This document shows, piece after piece, positions 54,564-64,000 of a DNA stretch of 64,000 nt (position 1 is the stretch's first letter; each line of letters opens with the position of its first letter). The stretch spans positions 70,680 through 134,679 of the forward strand of contig CALCZC010000028.1 of assembly GCA_937903605.1 (NCBI GenBank), in the 5' to 3' direction. This DNA is from an uncultured bacterium. GTDB lineage: Bacteria; Patescibacteriota; Patescibacteriia; Magasanikbacterales; GWA2-37-8. Position numbers and translations under genes: made by a program. The notes under the pieces were generated by a model, which was not told where the DNA came from, did no database searches, and worked only from the letters and a program-made list of their open reading frames with translations.

Positions 54564-57500
54564 ATGTATTCACGAACAGTAACACAATTTGATCTGATGA
54601 TGAAAACGATAATGATCGTGTTGTTTGTGTTTGGTTTGTTCGTATTTTTTGTTGATGTTACCAAAGCCGCACAGTGGGTAAATAATCCGGCTAATTGTGC
54701 GACCCAATCTCCCGGTGGAGAAGTTGTTTGTCAAACAAGCGAAACTCCGGATTCTCGTGTTTGTGGGGTCAGCGGAGTTCAATATTATTGTTTTTCAAGT
54801 GTGGCTGTATTTAGCGCTCCTGGATATACACAAAATAATAATCAAAATAGAAGCGGTTTAGGTGGTGGTTATATTATGGATTGTGAAGCAAACGATGGCG
54901 TTCCGCCAAGTGGGCCATTTTGTGACAATAGCACAGCTTTTTGGTGCAATAGTGATGTTACTTGTAATGATAAATTTAGAATTACTCGATGTAGCTCTAG
55001 TAAATGGGCTTATGAAGCAAATGCTTTTTCTTGTACAGATTGTATTTCAACCAGATTGGATTGTAGTGGAGATGATGTGTGTGAGGTGGTAAAAGGTGCA
55101 ACAACTTCATCCACTGTTCCAAATGCAAATTATGGAAATACTTGTGATAGCGTTGTTTGTAAAAGTGGTTATGAAAATTGCAACACTAGCACCTTGGATT
55201 GGAGTGATGGTTGCGAAATACAATTTAATGTTAGTACTTGTACAACAGGCGGAGGTGAACCGGGAGTTTGGACAGCTTGCGGAGTTTGTACAGCTTTACC
55301 GCCAAAATATTTCTTGACTGCTAGTAATACGGATTATTATTCAGACAAACCACTTCTTTGGGGAACACAACTGGGAAATGGTGATCTTGTCAGTTTCAGC
55401 AACGCAACTTCTTCAAATATTTTTGTAGTGAAAAACGATGCTTCTGTGTTTATGAGTTCCACCTTAGCCACAACCACGGATAAATATTTTTATAATTACA
55501 ACGGAGATTTATATTGGGGTGATATGAAATTGGGAACTGGTGGGGGAGTAACATATACTGCTGGCAGTGGACTAAATTTAGCCGGATATGAATTTACCAT
55601 TGATACTTCTACTGATTTTAATTGGACAGGACAGCATACTTTTAATACAACTACGACATTTCCGCTTGGAGTTTGGGGCGCGGATGGCAGGGTTGGTATT
55701 GGTACAACTACCCCTACCTCTAGTTTATCGTTAGTGGTTGGTGATTATGATGGGATTACTTTGTTTGATGCTACCGGACAAATGGCAGCGGGCTTGGGAG
55801 CCGGTGGTAGTGCAAACGCAGGACTATCTTTGTTTAATCGTATTTCTGGTGATATGAGTGTTTCTTTAAATTCTGATTCTAATTCATATATAAATAATGA
55901 TTATAATTTTGGTATTGGGACCACAACACCGGATTATAAATTTACTTTAGATGGAGATGGGTTTTTTATGGCGAGAGGATTGACTCATAATCCAATTATT
56001 TATGGTTATCAAGGTGAAATATTGGGGCAAACAGGAGAAGGTTCTAGAACATTTTTTTATCCAAGAAAATCAGCTTTTAGAAGTGGTGTAATTACTGATA
56101 TGTCAGTATTTGGTATGGCTTTTGGTTATCCATTTTCAAATGAAGTTGATCAATGGGATGATAATAATATTGGCTCGGCTTCTTTTGCAGCTAATGTAAA
56201 TAATAAAGCCAGTGGACTTTCTTCAGCGGCTTTTGGAACACACAACATTGCTTCAGGGACATCTTCTTTCGTGGGCGGTGGTAATGCTAATGAAGCCGCT
56301 GGATTAACCTCTATAGTTTTAGGCGGAACCGGTAATTTTGTTGGAGCTGAAGGATCAGGTATTGTAGGTGGTTGGTCAAACACTTCAACAGGTTTTAGTG
56401 CTTTTATCGGTGGTGGTAGATATAATATAACTTCAGGTGATTACTCTTTTATTGGTGGTGGTAGATATAATGTAGCTTTAAGTGATTATTCTGTTGCTTT
56501 TGGTAGTTATATGACGGTTTCCGGAACAAATTCTTTTGGTATAAATCTTTTTGGTGGTGGTATTTCTTCTACTCTAGCTCAAGATAATACTTTTGCAGTT
56601 ATGGGTGGAAATGTGGGGATTGGAACAACTACTCCGCAGCATACATTAACTTTGGCCGGAGATTTTGATATTGCTGAAAATGGCCTGTTAAAATTTAACG
56701 GAATTTCAGGTTCTGTTGATCAAGTTATCAAAATAAACACCTCCGGTTTTCCAGAATGGGTGGATGTTGATTCTCTTTTCATAAACAATACAACATTTAA
56801 TAGCAGCACCGAGTTTAACAGCACCAGCACTTTTAATAGCACCGCGATTTTTGAAGGGCCTTCATATTTCAATAATGATGTTTTTGTCAGCGGAACAATT
56901 TCTTCAACCAATTTATATGTAAATGGTAACAGTACAACAACCGGTGATCTGTATGTTCTCGGTCAAGCTATATTTCACGATATTTTACCAGCGGATAATT
57001 TAGCTTATGCGATAGGAACTTCTACGTTTGTTTGGAAAGAAGGTTGGTTTGGAAAAATATTTACTCCGGAAATTGATTTTACAAATAATTGGAAATTATC
57101 TACTACGACCGACGGAGGATTGGTATTTACTAGCTCTACCCAAGTGGCGTTGGCGATACTTTCTACCGGACAAGTGGGAATAAATACTACAACAATAGAA
57201 GCGAATTTAAAGATTAAGGTAGATGGAAATATTGGTTCCAAACTATATTGCGATGTAAATGGAAATAATTGTTTTGATCCGAACGCTTTCGGCTGGGCCA
57301 CTCCTCAAGCTAGATATATGAATACCACAACTGCTAATTATAATGGAAATTTTGGTAGTTTTCCGGCGGCTAGTGGGACAATTGGTTATGAAGCCGCAAA
57401 TCATATCTGTAGCTCTACGGTTGGTGTTGGTTATCATATTTGTCAGGCAAATGAAATTTTGGATATTATCAGAATTTATGGCACTAGCACGTTTGCCAGT

Positions 57501-57689
57501 AAAACAAACGGATGGGTAGCAAATGGTCCTCCAGGGTATGTCACGGTATCTACAAATGATTGTGAAGGATATACCACCTCTACCGTTAGTTTTTATGGAG
57601 CATGGTGGAAATTTAACGACAGTAGTGGTGGAGGAAGTGGAAAAATGACCAATTGCAGTACTCTCCAACCAATAGCGTGTTGTAAATAA
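54564..57689 (+). CDS. large secreted surface protein (paralog 2): signal anchor, Cys-rich N-module, Gly-rich tail-fibre-like repeats, shared C-terminal ACCK module
   Basis: N-module GGGYIMDCEANDGVPPSGPFCDNSTAFWCNSDVTCNDKFRITRC ... TCTTGGG. Repeats of type SFVGGGNANEAAG / YSFIGGGRYN. Motif MGGNVGIGTTTPQ. C-term GYEAANHIC...GPPGY...NDCEGYTT...GAWWKFNDSSGGGSGKMTNC...IACCK. 1041 aa. Confidence 0.65.
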   Translation: MYSRTVTQFDLMMKTIMIVLFVFGLFVFFVDVTKAAQWVNNPANCATQSPGGEVVCQTSETPDSRVCGVSGVQYYCFSSVAVFSAPGYTQNNNQNRSGLGGGYIMDCEANDGVPPSGPFCDNSTAFWCNSDVTCNDKFRITRCSSSKWAYEANAFSCTDCISTRLDCSGDDVCEVVKGATTSSTVPNANYGNTCDSVVCKSGYENCNTSTLDWSDGCEIQFNVSTCTTGGGEPGVWTACGVCTALPPKYFLTASNTDYYSDKPLLWGTQLGNGDLVSFSNATSSNIFVVKNDASVFMSSTLATTTDKYFYNYNGDLYWGDMKLGTGGGVTYTAGSGLNLAGYEFTIDTSTDFNWTGQHTFNTTTTFPLGVWGADGRVGIGTTTPTSSLSLVVGDYDGITLFDATGQMAAGLGAGGSANAGLSLFNRISGDMSVSLNSDSNSYINNDYNFGIGTTTPDYKFTLDGDGFFMARGLTHNPIIYGYQGEILGQTGEGSRTFFYPRKSAFRSGVITDMSVFGMAFGYPFSNEVDQWDDNNIGSASFAANVNNKASGLSSAAFGTHNIASGTSSFVGGGNANEAAGLTSIVLGGTGNFVGAEGSGIVGGWSNTSTGFSAFIGGGRYNITSGDYSFIGGGRYNVALSDYSVAFGSYMTVSGTNSFGINLFGGGISSTLAQDNTFAVMGGNVGIGTTTPQHTLTLAGDFDIAENGLLKFNGISGSVDQVIKINTSGFPEWVDVDSLFINNTTFNSSTEFNSTSTFNSTAIFEGPSYFNNDVFVSGTISSTNLYVNGNSTTTGDLYVLGQAIFHDILPADNLAYAIGTSTFVWKEGWFGKIFTPEIDFTNNWKLSTTTDGGLVFTSSTQVALAILSTGQVGINTTTIEANLKIKVDGNIGSKLYCDVNGNNCFDPNAFGWATPQARYMNTTTANYNGNFGSFPAASGTIGYEAANHICSSTVGVGYHICQANEILDIIRIYGTSTFASKTNGWVANGPPGYVTVSTNDCEGYTTSTVSFYGAWWKFNDSSGGGSGKMTNCSTLQPIACCK

Positions 57690-57713
57690 TTAATAAGTTA
57701 TAAAGCAAACAGT

Positions 57714-59615
57714 ATGCGATTAAAAGCTAAAACAACAATGAAAATAAATTTCTTGGTCAAAATGATAATGATCGTGTTGTTTGTGCTCGGCGCATTTGTA
57801 TTTTTTGTTGATATTTCCAAGGCGGCTGAATCTGAATGGAAAAATAATCCCGCTGAATGTAGCACTAAACTTGGTGCTGTGGAATGTTCTAGCGGATATA
57901 GAATTTGCGGGGTATTTAATAATTCCGGTTTGTGTTTTACTCCGATGACAAGAGAAAGATTATCCTCAACCAATGATGGTTTGTCACAAACAAGGTACTC
58001 TCCTTCTTTTGGTGGCGGTTTTATTTTAGATTGTAATGCAACTGTTACACAAACAAAAGGGGAAACCGAACCACATTGTAATAATTCTAATACAATTGGA
58101 GTAAACAGTCTTTGGTGTAATGCTAGCACCACTTGTTCGAATGATCATGTGTTAACTAGATGTTTTGCCGGAATTTGGGAAGGACAATCCGGATCACACG
58201 AATGTGTTGTTCCGGGGATGACTCCTACGACTACCGGATGTGTGAGTGGTTATGCAAATTGTAATTTAGGAGAACCAAATAGCCCTATTGACCCCAGTGA
58301 TTGTGAAGTTAGAATCGGTTTTACTACATGTACAGGCGCTGGTGGTTTGCAAGGAACTTACAATGCTTCTTGTCAATGTGTAGTTGCGACCTCCACATTT
58401 GTTACTGGTGTACAAACACATTTTGCCACTTCTTCACCCCTCCTTTGGGGGACACAATATGGAGATGGTGATCTTATAAAATTTTCAAAAAACAATATCT
58501 CCACCAATACCTTTATGGTAAAAAATGACGGCTCGGTGGGAATAGGAACAGATTCATTTGATAGTAATGTCGCCGCTTTGGTTGTATCTTCTACCAGTAA
58601 AGGAATTTTAATTCCAAGATTGACCGTCAGTCAGAGAGACGCGATTAGTGGAGCGCCGGAAGGCTTACTGCTTTATAATATGGATGATCATGAATTCAAT
58701 TATTATAATGGCTCGGGATGGGAAAGTGTTGGTAAAACTTATTCCGCTTCTAGTACCGGTGGTTTAAATTTAAGTGGAACAAGTTTTTCGGCTAATGTTG
58801 ATAATTTGACAATTGAAATTTCCGGAAGTAATCAATTGAAAGTAAAATATGATCCGATTTTCTTTGCGACAAACACTACTGGTTTGACATTTATGTACGA
58901 CGATGGATTCTTTGCTACCAGTAGTTTTGGTTTAATGCTCAAAGATATGGGTGTTGTCAGTAGTACCTATGGGAGCGAAAACACAGCGGTTACTTTGGGT
59001 ATTGATAATTATGGTCGAGTATATTTCGTCGCTACAAGCGCTATTATGATTGGAATAGAAAATATTACGAATTCATCTTCTCTGGCAAGAGTTGATATGG
59101 AAAACACTTTCACCTCGCCGACGATTTTCAGCGCCAGCACGACATTTAATGCGACGACAACTCATAATGCTGGGGTAAGAGCGAATTTGTATTGTGATTC
59201 TTCCGGAACGAATTGTTTTGATCCGAGTTTGGGTTGGGTTACTACGGTTCTTGACGTAACAACCACACCGGCTACAACAACAGGTTCATTTACCTTTACA
59301 ACAGGAACTCTACGAGGATATCAAGCAGGAAATGCAATTTGTAATCATTATTATCCAGGATATCATTTCTGTTTTAGTGGAGAAATAATTTCTTATATAA
59401 GAACGGCTTCCAATATTAATAAATTTGCGGGATTGCCTCAAGCATGGATATCTGAGGGTCCGCCAGGATTTACTTCTGATTCAAATGATTGCGGTGGATA
59501 TACCACGGCTGACTTAGAACCTCTGGGAGCATTTTGGGAATTTGATAGTGATGGTGGTGGTAGAGGTTGGCTATCTACTTGTGGTTCAGCAAAAAATATT
59601 GCTTGTTGTAAATAA
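57714..59615 (+). CDS. secreted surface protein (paralog 3) with the same N- and C-terminal Cys-rich modules
   Basis: MIMIVLFVLGAFVFFVDISKAA signal. GGGFILDCNAT...WCNASTTCSNDHVLTRC. TTGCVSGYANCN...DCEVRIGFTTCTGAGGLQGTYNASCQCVV. C-term GYQAGNAICNHYYPGYHFC...GPPGF...NDCGGYTT...GAFWEFDSDGGGRGWLSTCGSAKNIACCK. 633 aa. Confidence 0.65.
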   Translation: MRLKAKTTMKINFLVKMIMIVLFVLGAFVFFVDISKAAESEWKNNPAECSTKLGAVECSSGYRICGVFNNSGLCFTPMTRERLSSTNDGLSQTRYSPSFGGGFILDCNATVTQTKGETEPHCNNSNTIGVNSLWCNASTTCSNDHVLTRCFAGIWEGQSGSHECVVPGMTPTTTGCVSGYANCNLGEPNSPIDPSDCEVRIGFTTCTGAGGLQGTYNASCQCVVATSTFVTGVQTHFATSSPLLWGTQYGDGDLIKFSKNNISTNTFMVKNDGSVGIGTDSFDSNVAALVVSSTSKGILIPRLTVSQRDAISGAPEGLLLYNMDDHEFNYYNGSGWESVGKTYSASSTGGLNLSGTSFSANVDNLTIEISGSNQLKVKYDPIFFATNTTGLTFMYDDGFFATSSFGLMLKDMGVVSSTYGSENTAVTLGIDNYGRVYFVATSAIMIGIENITNSSSLARVDMENTFTSPTIFSASTTFNATTTHNAGVRANLYCDSSGTNCFDPSLGWVTTVLDVTTTPATTTGSFTFTTGTLRGYQAGNAICNHYYPGYHFCFSGEIISYIRTASNINKFAGLPQAWISEGPPGFTSDSNDCGGYTTADLEPLGAFWEFDSDGGGRGWLSTCGSAKNIACCK

Positions 59616-59620
59616 AATAA

Positions 59621-62600
59621 TATGAATATTCAGAAAATGGTACAATTTATTTCTTTTAAAAAAGCATTCTTTATTGCTTTGCTTGTATTTAGTTTTTCAA
59701 TAATTTTTGTAGATTCTGCAAAAGCCGCTGATTGGAAAAAAACCCCAGCCCAATGTCCCAGTGTATATGAAGGATACGGTCAAACCGGCGGTCCGGGAGA
59801 GGGTATGTGTGGTGTGTTGGGTAATACAGCTTTATGGTTTAGTACTTCATCTTTAGTGCTGTTAGTACCAACTGTTTCTACAAACACCAATAATACACCA
59901 GGAGTAAATTTAGGAGGATATGTTGTTGATTGCCATGCTTACGATGCAAGCCCTTTGCCAGACGGTCCTTTTTGCGATAATAATACAAATTTTTGGTGCA
60001 GTCCAGATCCATCTTGTAATAGTTTATATGTAAAAACAACATGTAATGCAAGTAAGTGGGCAATTGATTCCGGTGCTTTTACTTGTGTTACTCCTGGGGC
60101 AGCTCCCTCAACCACTGGGTGTATTAGTGGTTATGCAAATTGTAATATAGGAACTTCTGATCCTAATAATTGCGAGGTAAGAATAGGCGTTACAACCTGT
60201 ACCGGAGCCGGAGGTTTGCAAGGTACTTTCAATGCTTCCTGTGACTGTATTGTTCCGGCCTCTAATTTTAGAACTGGAATTCAAGCTGAATTTTTAACTT
60301 CTTCGCCTTTACTTTGGGGTAAACAATACGGTGATGGCGATCTAATCCGTTTTACAAATAACAAAGTTTCTACTTCTTCATTTGTAGTTTTTAATTCCGG
60401 ACAAGTTGCGATTGGACATAATATAAATGTTTCTACCACTTCCGTGGCGTTTGAAGTTTCGTCAACCCAGCGCGGTATCTTAATTCCGAGATTAGGCGGA
60501 ACAAATCCTATTACAAATGGCGTAGATGGTGAATTATATTACAATACAACATCAAAAAAATTCATGTATTACAATGGTCTTGCTTGGGGTGAGTTGGGTA
60601 GTGGTGGGTCTTCTTGGGTAACCACAACTTTATTGTCTGTTTCAGGTAATGCTACAGGGCTTTATCCAGCAGGAACAGTTTCTACTACGATTGGTATTGG
60701 AAGCACGGGTACGGATATTTGGTTACAAACCAGTAGTACTCCGAGATTATACGTAGCGGAAAATGGGAATGTGGGGATTGGGACGACTTCGCCTCAAGAA
60801 AAATTATCAGTGGTGGGGAATATTTCGAATTTAATAACAAATCAATCCGGAGTAGGTCGTATTTCTTTTGTTAATTTAACTGTTGGAAGTGTTGGAGATT
60901 ATGGTATATATTCTATTGATGTTTCTGGTCGTTATGCTTATGTAGGTGGTCCTGGATTAGGATCAACAGCCGCAAATTTTTCAATTATAGATATAAATGA
61001 TATTTATAATCCAGAGCCAATTTTTACCACTTCTGGTTTTGCAACTTATCTCAGAGATATAAAAGTAGCGGGGAAATATGCTTATTTAGGAAGAGGAACA
61101 TCAAGTGGCAATTTTAAAATATTAGATATTTCTAATCCTAAAAATCCTGTAGAAATATCCTCATCTACGTTTGGTACTAGTTTGCGCACTTTAGAAATTG
61201 TTGGCAACTATGCATATGTTGGTAATAATGCAAGTTCAAATAATTTTAGGATTATTGACATTTCCAATCCACGTAGTCCAATAAATATCTCAACAATAAC
61301 TATCGGTAGTACAGTTATTAATTCTATACAAATTGTTGGTAATTATGCATATATAACAAATATTCAAGGAGCAAATAATTTTAGTGTTGTTGATATCTCT
61401 GATCCGTATAATCCAATAAATATTTCAACAATAACCGCTGGTCTTTATAGTATTTATTCTGTCCAGGTATCGGGTCGGTATGCTTACATAGGGAATGGCA
61501 CAGGAGCAGCAGATAATTTTAGAATAATTGATATTTCTGATCCATATAATCCGGTAGTAACATCGACCTTGAAGGTTGGTAGCGCTAGTATTACGTCTAT
61601 AAAAATTTCTGGTCGTTATGCTTATATAGGAAGTTTTGCAACTACCGATAATTTTCACATAGTTGATATTTCCAACCCATCTTCTCCAATAAATATTTTT
61701 TCCGATAGTATTGCTGGAAGCAATGTTAGAGCTGTAAATGTGTCGGGTCGTTATGCATTTGTTGGAACCATGACTCAAACAAATGGAACTTTTAATATAA
61801 TTGATATTTCAGGAACAGAAGTTTCTTCTCTTATTGCGCACTCATCAGAAATCGGCAATTTACAAGTTCGTAATAACATTATCACACAAGGTATTGGTCA
61901 ATTTGGATCTCTTAATGTTGGTGCTGGAGGCTTACTTGTAAATGGGTCTTTGTCAGTGAGTGCCACGAATAGCCCATCTTATTTTGGAGGAAATGTTGGA
62001 ATTGGAACAACTTCTCCAATTTTTAAATTAACTCTTGGTGAAGATGGTGGTATTTATTCCGCTTGGCCAGATTATACTCCTCTTGGTTCATTGGAAGGGG
62101 CTGTTTTACCTTCGACTTCGTCTGGAACATTGATGTTTTGGTATCCGCGTAAAGCCGCTTTTAGAGCTGGTGTTATGGATAGGTCTCAACCAAACAGTGA
62201 TGCCTGGGATGAATCTAATATAGGTCTGTTGTCGTTTTCTTTTGGTGGTAATAATGTCGCTTCAGCCACTGGAACATTTGTAGTCGGAGGAGCCAATACA
62301 TCTTCAGGGCAATATTCATCAATTACTGGTGGTACATTTAATAATATAACGGGAAATGTTTCTTTTATTGGCGGTGGTTTTACTAACACCATTTCTTCAG
62401 GAAACTCTGCTATTGGCGGAGGATCTTATAATACTATTTCTGGTGCCTATTCATTTATTGGCGCTGGTAGAGATAATGTTGCTTCAGGATACGCTTCTTT
62501 TGTAGGGGGCGGTCGCAATAACACATCTTCAGGACAATATTCAGTTTCGTTTGGTTATGACAATGAAGTATCTGGTAACTATTCTTTTGTTAGTGGTCAG

Positions 62601-64000
62601 ATGAATGAAGTGAGCGGGTATAATTCTGTGGCATTTGGAAACAAAATGAATGTTAGTGGTGCTTATTCTTTTGGTATAAATTTAGAACCAGACGATGAGG
62701 GAGGTGTTGTTAATTTGTCAAATGATAGAGTTTTGGCAGTTATGGGCGGGAACGTGGGGATTGGGACCAGTAATCCTCTTGCGAAATTATCTCTTGATAA
62801 CGATGGTTCAATTTTAGCTCAAGGAACCTCTGGATCTGGTTGGAATGGTGGAACTCTTGGCGCTGGGTCTAGAATGATGTGGATAGCGAGTAAAGGTGCT
62901 TTTAGGGCGGGTAAAACTTGGGGAACAAATTGGGATACAACTAAAATAGGTTTTAATTCTATTGCTCTTGGTGAGGATCATTTAGTAACAAGCTCTTTTG
63001 GATTTGCTGCTGGGGGTAGAAGTCATGAAATAACAGGGGATTCTTCAGTTGTAATAGGTGGAGAAAATAATATTATTTCTGATAGTAATTCAGGTATTAT
63101 TGCTGGTTGGAATAATATTATATCAGATAGGTATTCTGTTATTTCTGGTGGTCAGGATAATTTAATTTCAAATGAATTTTCATTTATTGGTGGTGGTACT
63201 AACAACACTGTTTCAGGAGCTGGTTCTGTAATATTTGGTGGTTATAACAACACTGTTTCAGGAAATTATTCTTCTGCTTTTGGTTATAATATGAATGTTT
63301 CGGGAGGTTATTCTTTTGGTATTAATGTTAGTACTACAGCTGCAACACTTTCTCGAGATAATACCATTGCTTTGATGGGAGGTAATGTGGGGATTGGGAC
63401 GACCTCGCCACAATCTTTATTGGATGTATCTGGCGACAGTGCTACAATTAGAATTTCAGATCATTCTTCCACAAGAATACCAGCATTAATTTTTATGAGA
63501 GGTACTAGTACTGTATTTGGAGAAGATATTTGGACAGATTGGAAAATTGAAAATAATTCTGGTGAGCTTAGGTTTAGTGCTAACGCAAATGGAGTTTCTA
63601 CAACATCTTTATATTTAGGTTCATCAGGTAAGATAGGTATGAATACTATTCCTTTAACCTCGCTACACCTTGCTGGTGATGGAGCGATTTTGGCGACAGG
63701 AACTTATGGATCTGGCTGGGATGGAGGATCTCTTGGTGCAGGAACAAGATTGATGTGGATACCAAGTAAAGGTGCTTTTAGAGTAGGATATGTGAATGGA
63801 ACAGAATGGGACGAGACGAATATAGGCGCTTACTCTGCGGTTTTTGGTTATAATAGTTTAGCATCAGGCAGTCGTTCTTTTATTGGCGGTGGTTATAATA
63901 GTAGTGTAACTGGAAATTATTCCTCTGTAATTGGAGGTTTTAATAATAAGGTTGCAGGTGCAAATTCATTTATTGGTGCAGGTTCAAGTAATTTTGTTTC
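59621..64000 (+). CDS. giant secreted surface protein (paralog 4), 5' portion only (frame stays open to the window end; over 1450 aa in window)
   Basis: Not in the ORF track because no stop falls in the window. Signal MNIQKMVQFISFKKAFFIALLVFSFSIIFVDSAKAA. Same Cys-rich N-module (GGYVVDCHAYDASPLPDGPFCDNNTNFWCSPDPSCNSLYVKTTC; TTGCISGYANCNIGTSDPNNCEVRIGVTTCTGAGGLQGTFNASCDCIV). Seven LVIVD-type repeats (RYAYVGN...NNFRIIDISNP). Many Gly-rich YSFIGGGxNNxVSG repeats. Recurrent MGGNVGIGTTSPQ motif. Confidence 0.6.

Noticed and set aside
53455-59615. Diversity-generating retroelement (DGR) targeting the shared C-terminal, possibly lectin-like, module of the surface-protein paralogs
   Set aside because: No reverse-transcriptase ORF (no YxDD-containing protein) anywhere in the window. 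The three C-terminal coding regions are only about 70% identical at DNA level, with differences not restricted to adenines. No non-coding template-repeat copy was found.
1-64000. CRISPR arrays or rRNA genes
   Set aside because: No regularly spaced repeat-spacer array was seen. No 16S/23S/5S-like conserved stretches were seen.

Overview
AT-rich, gene-dense bacterial chromosome segment, mostly housekeeping genes with a few accessory islands. The small genes and overall gene content suggest a Patescibacteria/CPR-like genome; that placement is inference from gene content only.

Recognisable genes, in order: der (partial), an LCP-family protein, recG, radA, a ClpC-like AAA+ chaperone, a NUDIX hydrolase, phosphomannomutase, htpX, lemA, rseP, pheS and pheT, dnaE, mutM, tsaD, a GIY-YIG nuclease, an ECF sigma factor with its anti-sigma partner, a PAS histidine kinase with an orphan receiver, hup, rny, truB, infB and trxA.

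Four tRNAs are present (Val, Arg, Met/Ile2-CAT, Glu). There is no rRNA and no CRISPR array. No integrase, transposase or reverse transcriptase is recognisable.

Accessory content:
- A tandem pair of ankyrin-repeat paralogs with duplicated promoters, next to a 46-aa peptide gene.
- A Type II R-M locus: a gamma-class N6A methyltransferase, convergent with a C-protein plus a putative endonuclease.
- A cell-envelope gene cluster: a CHAP-like hydrolase, a DsbA-like protein and a TolB-like protein.
- At the 3' end, a tandem array of four paralogous secreted proteins. They share Cys-rich N- and C-terminal modules. The last gene runs off the window.

Several dispersed repeat families are present:
- R1, an AACAAGCGCTTTAGCGCGATAAA-type repeat. 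Copies flank a four-helix-bundle (23S-IVS family) gene wedged between pheS and pheT.
- R2, inverted copies after htpX/lemA and after dnaE.
- R3 and R4, palindromic elements inserted in frame inside truB and tsaD.
- R5, a roughly 75-nt structured element with compensatory substitutions.
- tRNA-trailer palindromes, with tandem degenerate copies of the tRNA-Glu 3' end.

A GC-rich, hairpin-dense, terminator-bounded segment at 6470-6900 is a candidate structured ncRNA of unknown class.
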